The position numbers and the translations under genes were made by a program. DNA of 59,913 bases, the filler included, from Sphacelaria rigidula (Eukaryota): assembly GCA_964200075.2 (NCBI GenBank). It is 7 parts of 7 records of this genome, joined end to end, with 100 filler letters (N's around TTAATTAATTAA, not from the genome) between each part and the next. Parts side by side here need not be neighbours in the genome. Positions count along the whole stretch, not along the records: positions 17,150 to 25,623 come from CAXNAA020011024.1; positions 25,724 to 34,196 come from CAXNAA020011025.1; positions 34,297 to 42,769 come from CAXNAA020011026.1; 4 more parts are not named here. One strand, given 5' to 3'. This document shows, in pieces, positions 24,407 through 36,330 of the stretch (the stretch's first letter is position 1; each line of letters starts with the position of its first letter). The notes beneath the pieces are model-generated. The model was not told where the DNA came from. It was given only the letters and a program-made list of their open reading frames with translations, and did not search any database.

Positions 24407-25155
24407 AATGATAATGATACTACTGATGAAAAACGGTGCCCTCAAATACAATTTCCCGGCATTTTGATCGACAATTTCAAGTGTCGGACAAATAATGATC
24501 CGTCTGAGAGTCATCCTACGATAGGGGGGGGGGTATTTCATTGCACGAAAAAAAAGCTCGAAAGTGTGTCAGACAACCTGCCACACTCGCGGTGCGCTTG
24601 TATTTGGTTCAAAACGGTGTCGATCGGTATGAACGAGCATTATTAATATATAACAAGCTCGTTCGAGCAACCATTGCTCCGTTCAACGACGATTGGACTT
24701 GGGATTTCGTGCAAGACGTGGCCCAATATACCCCCCCCCCCCCCTATCGTAGGATGACTCCTGGAAGTTTCTTGCTCATGGTGCGCTTGATTTGTACCGT
24801 ATGAGTCAGTCCTTGGGCTTGTGTTTCCTTCTGCATAACACCCCAGGTACGCGCACCCGAGGCACGTGGCATAACGCAAAATTCGCGTAGATACTCTTCT
24901 GACCCGCGGTCAAACGTTTCCCTCTCTTTCGAGCAAGCAGGGCTCAGAATTCGTAGATTTAGTGATGGGAACCGGTGGCGATTGGTACAACCCTTGGCAG
25001 TTACATCATGGACCACTGAACCGCATAGGTTTGAGTTGTGCTTCGTCGTTACCACATCAGGCTGGGACCTACAGCCTGGATGGAAATGACGGAGAGAAGG
25101 GCATCAACCTGTATTTTCAACATTTCCACTGCTCGTCGCTTGGAGCGGGATTGCG
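19978..25155 (+). CDS. CTC1: CST complex subunit CTC1-like (telomere maintenance), 5' part of spliced gene
   Basis: Phase-compatible exons 19978-20884, 21228-21332, 21943-22366, 23025-23651, 23919-24255, 25061-25155. Motifs collinear with recalled vertebrate CTC1: LRDETGSIRL..WVG..L..WTW (VRDNTGVL..WLG..F.RWSY), CLEV, VAAMSPV..FFMLEV, LPWHACIVPGRTYVF (LVWHRALRPGTAYVL), MTYEGEITG..AGTYSLDG (LSYSGAVTG..AGLYELDG). Start codon uncertain; 3' end lies off the contig. Confidence 0.8.
24478..24996 (+). mobile_element. CA(C/A)GG-TIR family MITE hosting a nested MITE (CTC1 intron)
   Basis: Begins CAAGTGTCGGACAAATAATGATCCGTCTG and ends ACAACCCTTG. Collinear with the reverse complement of 1108-1315 once 24508-24760 is removed. 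Confidence 0.7.
24508..24760. mobile_element. 253-bp nested MITE with GAG-starting TIR (Sola-like)
   Basis: TIR GAGTCATCCTACGATAG(G)nTAT ... ATA(C)nCTATCGTAGGATGACTC. 4-bp flanks CTGA / CTGG. Confidence 0.8.
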
Positions 25156-25197
25156 GTGAGCGAAATGCATCATGACCACTATTTTGTATCGTATCGA

Positions 25198-25470
25198 CCT
25201 GGGATTTTTTCTCACGCCATGCCCTGCAGTTGAGAGTGACTATGTCGTGGGTACACAAAATTGGACTTCACGGCCGACGAGGGAAAGGGACTACCGAACC
25301 CCTCTCGCGAGGAAAAAATAGGCAAGCACTGCAGAAGGAAGGTGGAGTACTCACGAAAACAAAACTGTGTTCGCCTTCCTCCTGTGTGACCCCGGTTGAT
25401 GCGCTGACATGTACGGAAAGGTGTAGACTGGCGTCCAGAATAGATGGGACGAAAACACACACAGAGACAC
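25198..25470 (+). mobile_element. tRNA-derived SINE, 5'-truncated
   Basis: Body and tail match 18140-18505; the tRNA head is missing. Confidence 0.85.
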
Positions 25471-25623
25471 GCTGATACATTTCTGACAGATCTGGCGTTT
25501 TGTTGTTTGTTTGTTTCTTTGTTTTTTCTTCCTTTCTTTTCTCTCCCCGTTGAACTCGGGGGAGCTACTTCTCACCGGTTTTCGTGGCGTCGCTCTTCTT
25601 ATTTTTTCTTTATTTTGGTAATA

Positions 25624-25723
25624 NNNNNNNNNNNNNNNNNNNNNNNNNNNNNNNNNNNNNNNNNNNNTTAATTAATTAANNNNNNNNNNNNNNNNNNNNN
25701 NNNNNNNNNNNNNNNNNNNNNNN
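25624..25723. other. Artificial contig linker
   Basis: 44 N + TTAATTAATTAA + 44 N. Confidence 0.99.
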
Positions 25724-26051
25724 GCTTTATTATCTGGTATCGCCACTTCCAGAGACAGCCACGGCTTATACACTGCCTCATGGGTGTCTCACCATTTAAA
25801 CACTACGTAGTATGATCATCTCCTTTGCGCGGACTCGACGTTCTCCCACCCCGCACAACATGATCTTGGTCGACCACCATCATGGCTATCGCAAAAAAAC
25901 GCAAGCGTGCAAAAAATACGGTAAACTGGTTGCCTGGCTTACGCAGTGAGTGGCGCGTTTTACAGCGTCATCGCCAACCGACGCCGACCCCATAGAGGGT
26001 CCGTCCTTACAAAGCCGGGATGGAACCCGCCAGGGTTCTCGCCGGACCCGG
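25724..26051 (-). repeat. ~560-bp C-run-associated element, copy containing the 5' end
   Basis: Reverse complement aligns with 50863-51190. Followed by a G-rich tract. Confidence 0.9.
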
Positions 26052-26272
26052 CGAGTGGGGAGGGGAGGGGGTTACTCAAAGCAGGAGTAGCTTAGACCTA
26101 GGGCACATAGGGACACCATGCAACCTAATCAAGCGAAGCGCAAAAGCTTTCTTGAGGGAAGAGACGGGTGACGACAATTATTTCCTCAACAAAGATCCAG
26201 AAGAAGAAATGACAGCCGTATCCAACTCGAGAAAATCAATATGCACTCAAACACCCTGAAACATCAGTACAC

Positions 26273-29200
26273 CTGCTCTTCCCCAGCCCCGCAGGAGTGC
26301 GTCGCGGGATGCTGTTCCGCTGCAGCAGAGCTTTGCCTTGTTGTCGTCGACGTCGACGACAAGCTGTCGCTTTGAGGAGTTGCCCGGGTCTCGAAGCCCA
26401 GAGGTCCAACTCGCAACACCTGGGGAAGGGTTGACGCACTCCCTCGTGGCTGCTGTTGTTGCTGTTGTTGCTGCCGCTGCTGCGCTGATGGAGCATGCGC
26501 GAAGCCTGACGGCGGTACAGCAGTCGCATCTGGGCAAAGAAGGCAATTGTCGGTCACCTCGATCATGGCGGCCTCTGCAAGAATGCCCATCTGGCGAAGG
26601 AGAGGAGAGGCGGGGACGGGGACAGGGACGGGCAAGGCGGGCAAACATAAACATAAGATGTTCTGTAGGAAATTATCTTGGAAAGATCTGCTCAGAGTTT
26701 CTCGAGACAAAACTTGATGTGTTGACGGCGAATTCAAAGACGTGGAAGAGAATCATGTTTGAGCGACGGGTGGGGTATAACACGTGTATCAGATATAGGG
26801 GAAGATCTTCAAGAGATGAGCTCAGGAGAAGACGTGGCATCATGATGACAAAAACAGCGACGGGCGCAACTGCAACTTTCAGCAGAATCATCCGGACACA
26901 CCTCAATTCGAAAACAATATCAACATGTTAGGGGGCAGGAGGGTGCCGGGGGGGGGGGTTGCGGTGGCGGTGGAGTGCGAACGAGAGAATAAAAGGGGAT
27001 GCCAGAGCCAGCAGCTCCGAGGCCCACACTACTGCCGCTTATACTTCCCCCCGGGATGTACGCGTAGGTGACCCCCCTGTAGCGGAAACTGAGCAGTCGT
27101 GGGAAGATAGCCAGGAAACAGAACGTATTCGTCGTGAGCATATGGGGGAAAAGACACGTCTCCCTCTTTCCCACGGCACGTGTTATGCAAGCTGCCAAGC
27201 AAACCACGGCTATCGAATCGCCGAGTTGTAAGGGTACTGTACGTGTAGGTGCATAACCAGGATATTTCGTGCCACCTCCCGATGAGTAATCAAGACGCTG
27301 TGTGCGCCATAATGTCATGAAACAGCTTGTGGTTTGAGCAGACCAGTCCGCCAGCCCGCCCGCCCGCCCTCAAGCATGCACCCGCGCTGCACACTTCCCT
27401 TCCCCCTTTGCTTGCGTTTTTTGCGGTAACCATGATGGTGGTCGAGCTGGATCATATCGTGCGGGGTGGGAGAACCTCGAGTCCGCGCAAAGGAGATGAT
27501 CATACTACGTTGTGTTTAAATGGTAAGACACCCATGAGGCAGTGTATAAGCCGTGGCTATCGCTGGAAGTGGCGATATCAGAAAATGGAGCAACTCGCTG
27601 GAGGCTGTCATGCTCATGCAAGATCAGAGCGCTTCGGGCCGAACAATCTTAGCAGGATGCAGCTCACCCTTCGTGCGACTCGCCGAGCACACCACGGCGC
27701 TTCGCATTTGGTGATTGATTGCGAACCTAGTCCGGCAAAAATCCGGCGTGCTAAGTCCCAGCTTTGTAGGGATGCGAGGTAAATGACCTCATGACTACGG
27801 GATGCAAGATCATGAGTACTCTGCCCCCCCCCCCATCCCCCGCCCCACCTCCCCCAACCCGCACCCGATCGATACCTACCTCTCCCTTCTTCACATCCAG
27901 ATCAAAGCATGCCTCGATTCTCGACGCCAAAACCTTCCCCGCCGTCACCAGCAAATCACGGCGCGTCGATGACGGCTGCCCGCCATCGCTACCGCCGCCG
28001 CCGCGGAGCCCGCCGCCCGTCGCTGCTCGGCCTCCGCGGGCGGTAGCGGCGCTATAGTTCAAGTGTGCGGTGCCCTTAATGCCGGCTAGTCTCGCGGAGA
28101 TGATGACTTTCTCCGGCAAGTTGATATGCTCCGCCACGGGTATCTCTCGCGTCGAGCTCAACCTGCGCCTCGTCGGCGCCGGCGCTATCGCATTTCGAGT
28201 AGCAGGTTGGACCTGACCCTCTGATGGCAATGATGTATCTGTGGTGGGAGTTGTTGGGGCGGTAGTGCCGGTGGTTGTGCCTCGGCTGTCTTTGCTGTTA
28301 CTGTCTGTCGATGACTGGTTGTGCCCAGAGCCACCGCCGGCGACGACGCTGGAGCTACGTGGATTGTTGTCCCCGGATCGTGTCGGCCGAAGCTGACCGA
28401 CAGTACGGGCGTAGTACCCACGAGATAAGAGTTATTGGGTAGGCGGGGGGGAGGAGGCAAGTTGAAGATTAGGTCTTGTACTGTAAAACGGAGTATCCAG
28501 GGGTCCCGTGGCACCCATTACGGAGGAGGATACATCGGGGGGTGTTGAGATGGTAGTTCGACAAATTCGAGGGTCGCGGAGAACCTGCCTTGATGTTTCC
28601 AACCATGACAAACCAAATACTTCCTCTGTTTTATAACTCTATGTAGTTACATTTGTACGAGCCCTCCATGATGTCTAGTTTGATTTTCGTTTTTTTAATG
28701 CATTCGTTGGCGTTTTTTGAGACAAGAGCATCAGTCTTTCCACCACGTGGGTGCTTGACCTGCGCAGCCTCACGGCCGGGAAAAATTAGGTCGGTCAAAA
28801 TTTGGCCATTTTTCGCTCTTTTTCCCAGTCAAGCATAGGCGACCCGGGAACACGAAAAATCGCGGGAAAATGTGAAAAAAAATGAAAACCGCAAAGCCAT
28901 CATTGATTTCAAATATCTCTGTGCCGTTTACCTACGCACGCCCCATCTAACAAACTTTCAGCATGCAATCGCTAGTGCTCGACGTAAAAACTCCCAAAAT
29001 CGGTCAACACAGGGGTATACCTGGACCAATAAGGGCGTAAAGGTGGAATATTTTGACTTGCATTCAGTGTTGAAGACCACCTTCGTTTTTTTTTTTTCAG
29101 TGAGCTTGGTGTGCGCGTTTTGATTCTAACGCACCCGGGTATGGGATAAACGTCAACGTGGGAGTACTCTAACGATAAAGCGCCCATAACTGCACAGACT

Positions 29201-32200
29201 TATGAAACAGAGGAAGTAAACCAGAGCGATTACAGGCACGAAGCCTTGTTCCACCCCTGACAAGGCAGAGTCACGAAAATGCGGGCGCGATTGATTTAAT
29301 AACTGGATCATTGATTGGTTGCCGTGCACTGACGTATTGACTTATCTCAGAACCATCCACCCTGCTCACTAGACGTACCTCAGGTAAAAATGAACGGAAA
29401 TGCTCGCGGAAAGGGAGTCGAGAAAGGGAGAAAAATGAGTAGGGGAAGGGGAGGGGAGAGGGAGGGGGGGGGCAGGAAACAACGCGAACTGAAAAACAGA
29501 CAAGGGGAAGGAAAGGGAAGGAGACGTAGCAATAAAACCGCGGGGTTAAGATCGTTTACAAATTTCAAGAAAAACTGTAGCAAGTTCCTCCAAGGGCTCG
29601 GGGTACAGAGGCCAGCCCAAAAGCAAGGTCGTCGAAACAAGTTGCGACTCAGGAACCTGGGGATTGGACTACTGTACGCGGGACAGGAATTCTCACCCGC
29701 CGGCGCTGCAGCAGGAACACCCGACTATTGATATGACTTACAAGAGGAGACAATACAAGACAAATAAAAAATAACGAAAACGGAAAAACAAACAAACAAA
29801 CGATTGAACACGTACAAAACAACAAAAACAAACAAACAAAAGAGGGTATCTCTATTTTTCATTTCGCACCTGCACTTCGTGGGTGCCAACCTCGCCAAAA
29901 GTGGGTTGCTGTAGTCCCGGCGTTCGGCCGGGCGGCGGCGGCGACGGAGGGGACAGGCCACGCCGTGCCTTTCCGACGCCCCATGATGCATTTTCTTTCA
30001 AGACGGGGGGATCGGAGGAGGGCAGTGGATCCGCGACCGCGTCTTCCCTTTCCTGCCGACGCCTGAGTTTCGCCACGTCCTTGAGCCTGTGTTCACATCG
30101 TCCCACTTTTGTTTTCGGGGTGGGGGGCAGGGGGGGGGCGTAAGGGAAAGGGATACGTAGTGTAATTGGACGTGGGCATCCATTACTACATATATATATA
30201 TATATACCAGGATATGTCATATGTGAGCAAATCTGAGGCGGTCGAAGAGAGAGGGGGTTAGAGGGGGCAGGGCGTACACCAGAATAACTCTATTGGCCGA
30301 TAGCGGCAGTCGGCACCGTGGGGTAGGAAGCAAGACAAGATCAAACGTAGGCTGTCGGTGCTAATTGCATTGGTACACCACTTTATGTAATGCAGTACCC
30401 GCCGTGGGACGAGAAAGAAGAGAGACGAGTTTGTGTCTAATCTTTTCCGCCTCCTCGACTTTCTTAAAACGGACATTATTATCCGTTTATATTCACCTGC
30501 TCGGGTGTACGCTTGATCGTCATGTGTGTAACCACGGCTGGATAACTACCGGATCAGCTAGCGTGCCACAGTCAATCAACCGACAAACTCACCAACAAAA
30601 TCAATTAATCACCAGAGAGATAGAGAAGATGTGCCTACAGAGTGCAAGTATCATTTCAACCGATATGGGTGAGAATTTTGGCTCCCCTAGCAGGTGTTGC
30701 ATGATTGGTTACCAGGATCACGTTTCAAGTAATATTTTATGCAAGCGAGCGGGTCAAAATATGGAATGATTTGTGTATTCATATACATATCATGTAAGAA
30801 GAAAAAACTCATCTACTATATTGTTATACTTGAGAAAATGAGTAGTGTACATACGAGTACTCATGATCATGCATGCCATAGTCATCAGACCATTGACATC
30901 GCATCCCTACAATGCCGGGACGGAGCACGCCGGGTCCTCGCCGGACCAGGCTTGCACTCAAACCACCAAGCGCGAAGCGCCGTAGTGTGTTCGGCGAGTC
31001 GCATGAAAGGTGAGCTTCATCCCGCTAAGATTGTTCGGCCCGGAGCTTACTGGTTACCTCGCATTTGGATAACAGCCTACAATGAGTTGCTTCATTTTCT
31101 TGTATCGCCACTTCCGGGACAGCCATGGCTTTTACACTGCCTCATGGGTGTCTAACCGAGTAGAGAGATGAAACAGGAAAACTGGGTCTTACCATCTTCA
31201 CCGGGTGGTACGTAGACAGTGTGAAACGTCAGGTCCACCAGATCTTTTCCCACTGCCCTCGGCGAGAACAGCGTACACCTGTGCTCCATCACCTTTTGAT
31301 GTTGTTGTGATTGCCACAAGCGGTAGGACGCAACGACAACACCGACAAGTGGAGAGGGAAGACGGGGCAGGGAGAAGAAAATAAAACAAAACAGAACAAA
31401 ACAAAACAAAACAAAATAGGGCAAATGGACGACAACAAGAGGGAAAGAAGGGAATAACAAGGGGGGAGAAGGAAGGAGGAGGGGGAAAAGGTGAGGATAC
31501 TTTCTGCGATAGTCCCCCCCCACCCCCCCAAAACAAACAGCTCAAAAGTTTCACGAAAAAATGGTCATACAGCGCCTGATGTTTGGGTTCAGGCTGCATG
31601 AAGCGCCTCATATGGACGACATTGACGAGAACGAACCCAAGCGAGGAATTCCCAGCTGCTCGTTGTACTCGGCTTTTCCCATTTCGATTCACGTGAAGAT
31701 TTTGACTCCCCAAACCAGGTATCTCTTTTTCTTTGGGGGGGCGGGGGGCGGGGCTATCGTAGAAAGTGTGGGAGACACTGAACAAGAAACAGGACACGAA
31801 CAGAAAATAAGACGATCGTGTGAGTGGCGGCATATCGTTGCGGTGTCGCACGAAATCGACGCTAGAGCCACTTCCAGAGATAGCCACGAGTTACACTACG
31901 TTACGGGTGTTTTATTCAAAGACTACGCCGTACGATCACCCCCTTCGCGCGGAGTTGAGGTTCTTCACCCCGGACAATATGTTCTAGCACGACCACCAAT
32001 ATTGGTTACCGCAAAAAACCGCAAGTGAGGAGGAAAAAAAACGTTAATCTAGTTGCCTCGCTAACGCACGGGGTGGGAGGGGGGGGGCGAACGTTCTTGC
32101 CCCCGGGGTGTTGAAAGAAGGGAATCCCATTCACACGATAAGGATTGAGTTCAGAACGCGAGGGAAAACGAGCCAGGGTTCAAATCACAGTCTCGCGAGA

Positions 32201-32799
32201 TCAGTTTGTGATGGCACGGTAACCCTTGTGGGGGAAAAATACCAAGTAAAACGTGGGTGTAGAATTGCCGACGCGTAGTGTACTGGACTATTTCAACTTT
32301 CCATGTCTCCCTGTGTAAACAAATACCCACCCGCCAGGGCAAAAAACAAGCAGGAAACGAGGCAAGGGTTCAGCTTGGTCTCGCCTACCCATAGATCACA
32401 ACAACGCAGTATCATCTTGCGGTTGGGGGACACAAGCCTACGGATTCACTCATCAGACCGTGGATTTAAGGACCTGCGGAGGACTTTTGATCTACGGGTC
32501 TGATCTAGACCGGAGAGTATAATACATATGGTACCTCCTCATAGCGTAATGACAACTTCGCTGCAGACGATTAGTGTAAAAGGCAGACTACGCACGGACA
32601 TATCCATGTTCATTTGTGGCACTGCAATGTGCAGTACTCTGCCGTACCACACCATTGATGTACGATGGCGCACCTTGAGAGGAACGGCAGTAAGCTCCTT
32701 GCTGGGCAGGGTGACGGATCCTAGATCGTTGTCTCCGAACACTCCCTTGTCCACGCAGGACACGGACAGGAGAAAGCTGCTGCGGGGCGAATCGCTCAC
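26273..32799 (-). CDS. Partial spliced gene: C2 domain followed by low-complexity and beta-rich segments (possibly VPS13-like)
   Basis: Phase-compatible exons 32674-32799, 31202-31292, 29891-30105, 27880-28392, 26273-26590. LSVSCVDKGVFGDNDLGSVTLPSKEL...CTL...DLTFHTVYVP fits the C-terminal half of a C2 domain. The VPS13 resemblance is inference only. Confidence 0.6.
27410..27819 (+). repeat. ~560-bp C-run-associated element, 5'-truncated copy with intact 3' end
   Basis: Ends CTCATGACTACGGGATGCAAGATCATGAGTAC followed by a C-run. Preceded by CCCTTCCCCC. Confidence 0.9.
28620..29216. mobile_element. 597-bp Tc1/mariner (Stowaway-like) MITE
   Basis: ~30-bp TIR CTTCCTCTGTTTTATAACTCTATGTAGTTA / TAACTGCACAGACTTATGAAACAGAGGAAG, with TA on both sides. 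Confidence 0.85.
30857..31153 (-). repeat. ~560-bp C-run-associated element, 5'-truncated copy
   Basis: Starts GTACTCATGATC (family 3' end on the minus strand). Core aligns with 27525-27819. Confidence 0.9.
31868..32069 (-). repeat. ~560-bp C-run-associated element, internal fragment
   Basis: GCCACTTCCAGAGATAGCCACG...GGTTACCGCAAAAAA. Followed by a G-run. Confidence 0.8.
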
Positions 32800-32888
32800 C
32801 TGTTTGGTTCACCGCCACCGCCACCGCCACCAACAAGTGCAAATGTGTAAAGTCAACAACCACAACACGTTCAGATTTGCTGGGGGGT

Positions 32889-33172
32889 GTACCCACGTAT
32901 GCCGTAGCCGTAAGACCACTGACCTTGCATCCCTACAAAGCCGGGACGAAGCACGACGGAGTTTTGCCCGATCAGGCTCGCTACCAATCACCAAGCGCGA
33001 AATGCCGTGGTATGCTCGGCGAGTCGCATGAAGGGTGAACTTAATCCTGCTAAGATTTCTCGGCCGAAACCGTACTGATTATCTTGCATTTGACGGACAG
33101 CCTCCGATGAGTTGCTTTATTTTCTGGTGTCGCCACTTTAAGAGATAGTCACGGGTTACACTGCCGCACGGG
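32889..33172 (-). repeat. ~560-bp C-run-associated element, 5'-truncated copy
   Basis: Flanked on both sides by G-runs. Aligns with the other copies. Confidence 0.9.
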
Positions 33173-34011
33173 GGAGAGAGGGGGGGGGGCTAGGCCAGGC
33201 TACCGTAAGTAGGGTTACATACTGCCTGCACAACAGAAAAATATTGATTTCCTACAGGAAACTGATCAAGTACAATGGTAAGACACTTAGCAGTCAGATC
33301 AACAGGAAACGTTTAGATCATGGAGGTTCTGCGGGTCGGACCAGGTCGGCCAAGTATCGATTGATTTCATTCGATTGGTCGTTGCACGTCATCAACTAAA
33401 CCGCTACGAATCCACCCGAGGTCACGGGATCGATGTACAGTACGTCCTCGAAATAGATAGTCTTCCCCCTCAAAATGCGTTGGATATTACAGTCAAAGCC
33501 ATATATGTTGAACAAAAACGTAGTTAGTCCAACGAAGCAGCAGAGTTTTGTCCCGTTTTGGCTACAATATATTCATGGTTGGTATCTTACTTGATTCGAG
33601 TGTAAACATCGATATTCGGATGTTTAGTGGCGCTCACAGTCCCAGGTACTCCCAGCGTGCGCAAGACATGTTTTCATGCGATGCGGCGCCGAAGGCGCCG
33701 ATCTGAGGTCTGCCAATGCACACGTTGCCCGGGGTATCTCGATATGCCTTGAGTTGGGGTTAGGGCTGCGGCCAGCGTTAGTCCAAAAATGTGCCAACGA
33801 TGGATAGAGAGAGTAGCCGACCAGGGTCAAACCCATAATCCCAACAACCGATCGGACTACTGACGAAACATCATAACTATGTATCCATCCGTTCATGATC
33901 ACCGTAGGAGCCAAACACAACTGTATGGCACTGTACACCGATGAAGGAACCTCGGGAACGAAGGAGCAGATCCAATCCGTCAAGCCAACAAATAGGTCAC
34001 GTCGCGGGCCA

Positions 34012-34110
34012 TGATTGATTGATTGATTGTCGCACATCAACTGACCCCCCAGGAATCCAGCCGTGGTCACATGGTAGACATATCCAAGACAAAATAAAAC
34101 CGAAGTCATA
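34012..34110 (-). mobile_element. LINE/SINE-type 3' end with (AATC)n tail
   Basis: Homologous to 15778-15900. Confidence 0.7.
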
Positions 34111-34196
34111 TATATATATAGCATATATATAGAATATTTCGAACTCACGAGCGTCAAGCATACTTTGTAACGAGGTGTCTACGAGATCCAATGCTG

Positions 34197-34296
34197 NNNN
34201 NNNNNNNNNNNNNNNNNNNNNNNNNNNNNNNNNNNNNNNNTTAATTAATTAANNNNNNNNNNNNNNNNNNNNNNNNNNNNNNNNNNNNNNNNNNNN
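34197..34296. other. Artificial contig linker
   Basis: 44 N + TTAATTAATTAA + 44 N. Confidence 0.99.
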
Positions 34297-34640
34297 GAAT
34301 GGTACATGAAGGTTTGGTCATCGGGGGGCGCAACCGCGAGCCAAAAGGCTCTCCCCGGCTAAGAAGCCCCAGCCGGAGGCGCCCCCGGAGGGCCCCAGTG
34401 GAGGCGCCGTGCCGAAGGCACGTTTTCACGCATTTTGGCTTCACTAGAGCTAAAAAACACGAAAAAAAATGGCCAATTTTCAAGAGCTGCATGCAGTGTA
34501 CGTAGTCGGTATTGACTTCTCAAGCCGGTAACGGTAAAAAATGGTTTGAAACCATTATCCATTTTTTTTATATAACCATTACCATTAATACCATTATAAT
34601 GATAGTGGCCAGTTATAACTGGTACCATTTCCGAGCTCTA
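34297..34640 (-). mobile_element. hAT-like MITE, second copy (one end cut by contig edge)
   Basis: Ends CCAGTTATAACTGGTACCATTTCCGAGCTCTA. Reverse complement of 10669-10980. Confidence 0.85.
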
Positions 34641-35609
34641 CTCGTACCTCTGGGTTGCAAAGGGTCTCGATATTTTGGTACGGTCTTGCTTTTGGAGGGT
34701 ATAGCGCAGTTTCAAGTAGTACTTCTCCCTCGAGCGGTGATATACGACAGTTGAGTCGGAGGTTCTCTCCCATGATAAAGCTTATGACGAGCTTGATGCC
34801 ATATTGCAGCAGTACCTGTGTGCTCTTACCTGGGCATGTCGGGTGTGCGTGTGCCTATGCGGTGCAACGTTTTCGTAATTCCACCGCATTCTGTGAAACG
34901 AAACCTTTCCAGACACGCCGTCACGCAACGACAAGAGACGTACTCGGTACTCACTGCAGTACAATAACATCATCGCCAAAACTGCGCCAATCAAGCAGCG
35001 GCGGTGCCGGGTGTTACCAGGTTAGTCTGTAGTTCACAGCGATATGCTCAAGTCGCGCTGATTTGGGAAACTTGAGAAGCTGTGGTGCGGAGAGAGAATG
35101 TGGGGTTTACTGCCGGCCCAGCTCGTACTCACATCGCCAATGCCGTCTTTTGGGGGCAAGAACAGCCGTTTTTGACAAAAGTATTGGGCGCCTGAACTAT
35201 TTTTGTTCAGAAGGGTTTTTTCTCGCGATTCCTCTTCGATAGAACTCGAAAGTGCTAGAGTCCTTAGATTTTGGTGACATGAACAGATCGTCTCCCCCCC
35301 CCCCCCCAGTACCCAAGTTAGTGCTAGTTAATTTTATCGGGCGATACGAGTAGATACCCCGTTTACCAGGAGGATGTTATTGGCCGGGAAACACTGGTTT
35401 TTCGGAGATCTCCGAGATTGTCGGGAATGGCATGTACCTGATGATTCTCAAATGATTGCGAGCGCCACGGCGTTTTCACATGGCAGCTATCCGAAGTGCT
35501 GCGTTGCGGTCCGCAAATTTCGGACTTCTCCAAAAATGAAGCTTCGGAGAAAAACTCAAGCGGCCTCGTTATCGGAGGAGTCTGAACGCAGAGTCCAAAA
35601 ACTCTGAAA

Positions 35610-35852
35610 ATTTCTGAGATGTCTGAAAAAACAGTGTCGATGATAATGAACCTTAGTGTAATTGGTTCGTGCCGTACGAATCAATCCTTGGGTTTCATGT
35701 TCAGCCTTGCACCCCAGGCATGCCCACCCCAGGCACGTGGAAGGGCGCAAAATTCGGGTTCAATTTCTTCCTCACTTTCGAACGACGAGGCCTCAGACAT
35801 CTTTGATTTGGTGATTCGAACCGGCGATGATCGATGATTCGTCCGAGCTTTG
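35610..35852 (+). mobile_element. CA(C/A)GG-TIR family MITE, diverged copy
   Basis: CGTACGAATCAATCCTTGGG...GGCACGTGGAAGGGCGCAAAA...GATGATTCGTCCGA shared with the other copies. Left end approximate. Confidence 0.65.
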
Positions 35853-35959
35853 AAATTGTTTTATACCCTGGACAAAACAAAATGTTTCCAACATATATAT
35901 ATATATATGTAGATCATATTGGGACGTTGCGATATATTGCCCGCGTGATATGGAAAGCC

Positions 35960-36330
35960 GGTCGCCCCGGTGGCTCAGTTGACAACCTCGGTACCCCCTG
36001 ACGGTTGGGTCGTGGGTTTAAATCTCGGAGCGATTAGGGATTTTTCTCACACAACGCCCAATAGTGAAGAGCGACTATGTCGTGGGTACACAAAATTCGA
36101 CTCAATGGCCGACGAAGGAAAGGGACTGCTAAACCCCTCTCGCGATGAAAAAATAAAGGCAAGCACAGCAGAAGGAAGATATAAAGATGGGGAACTAAGA
36201 CAAACAAAGGAGAAAAACTCCTGTATGACCCCGGCTGGTGCGCCCACATATACCGAAAGGTGTAGACCGGCGTCCAGAATAGATGCGACGACAACACACA
36301 CATACACAACACAGCACAACACAACACACA
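35960..36330 (+). mobile_element. tRNA-derived SINE, full length
   Basis: GGTCGCCCCGGTGGCTCAGTTG head, shared body, GACGACAAC(AC)n tail. Confidence 0.9.

Noticed and set aside
33040-33130. Hammerhead ribozyme in the ~560-bp element
   Set aside because: CTGATTA / CCGATGA and GAAA are present but not in the CUGANGA-stem-GAAA arrangement, and they are not conserved among copies.
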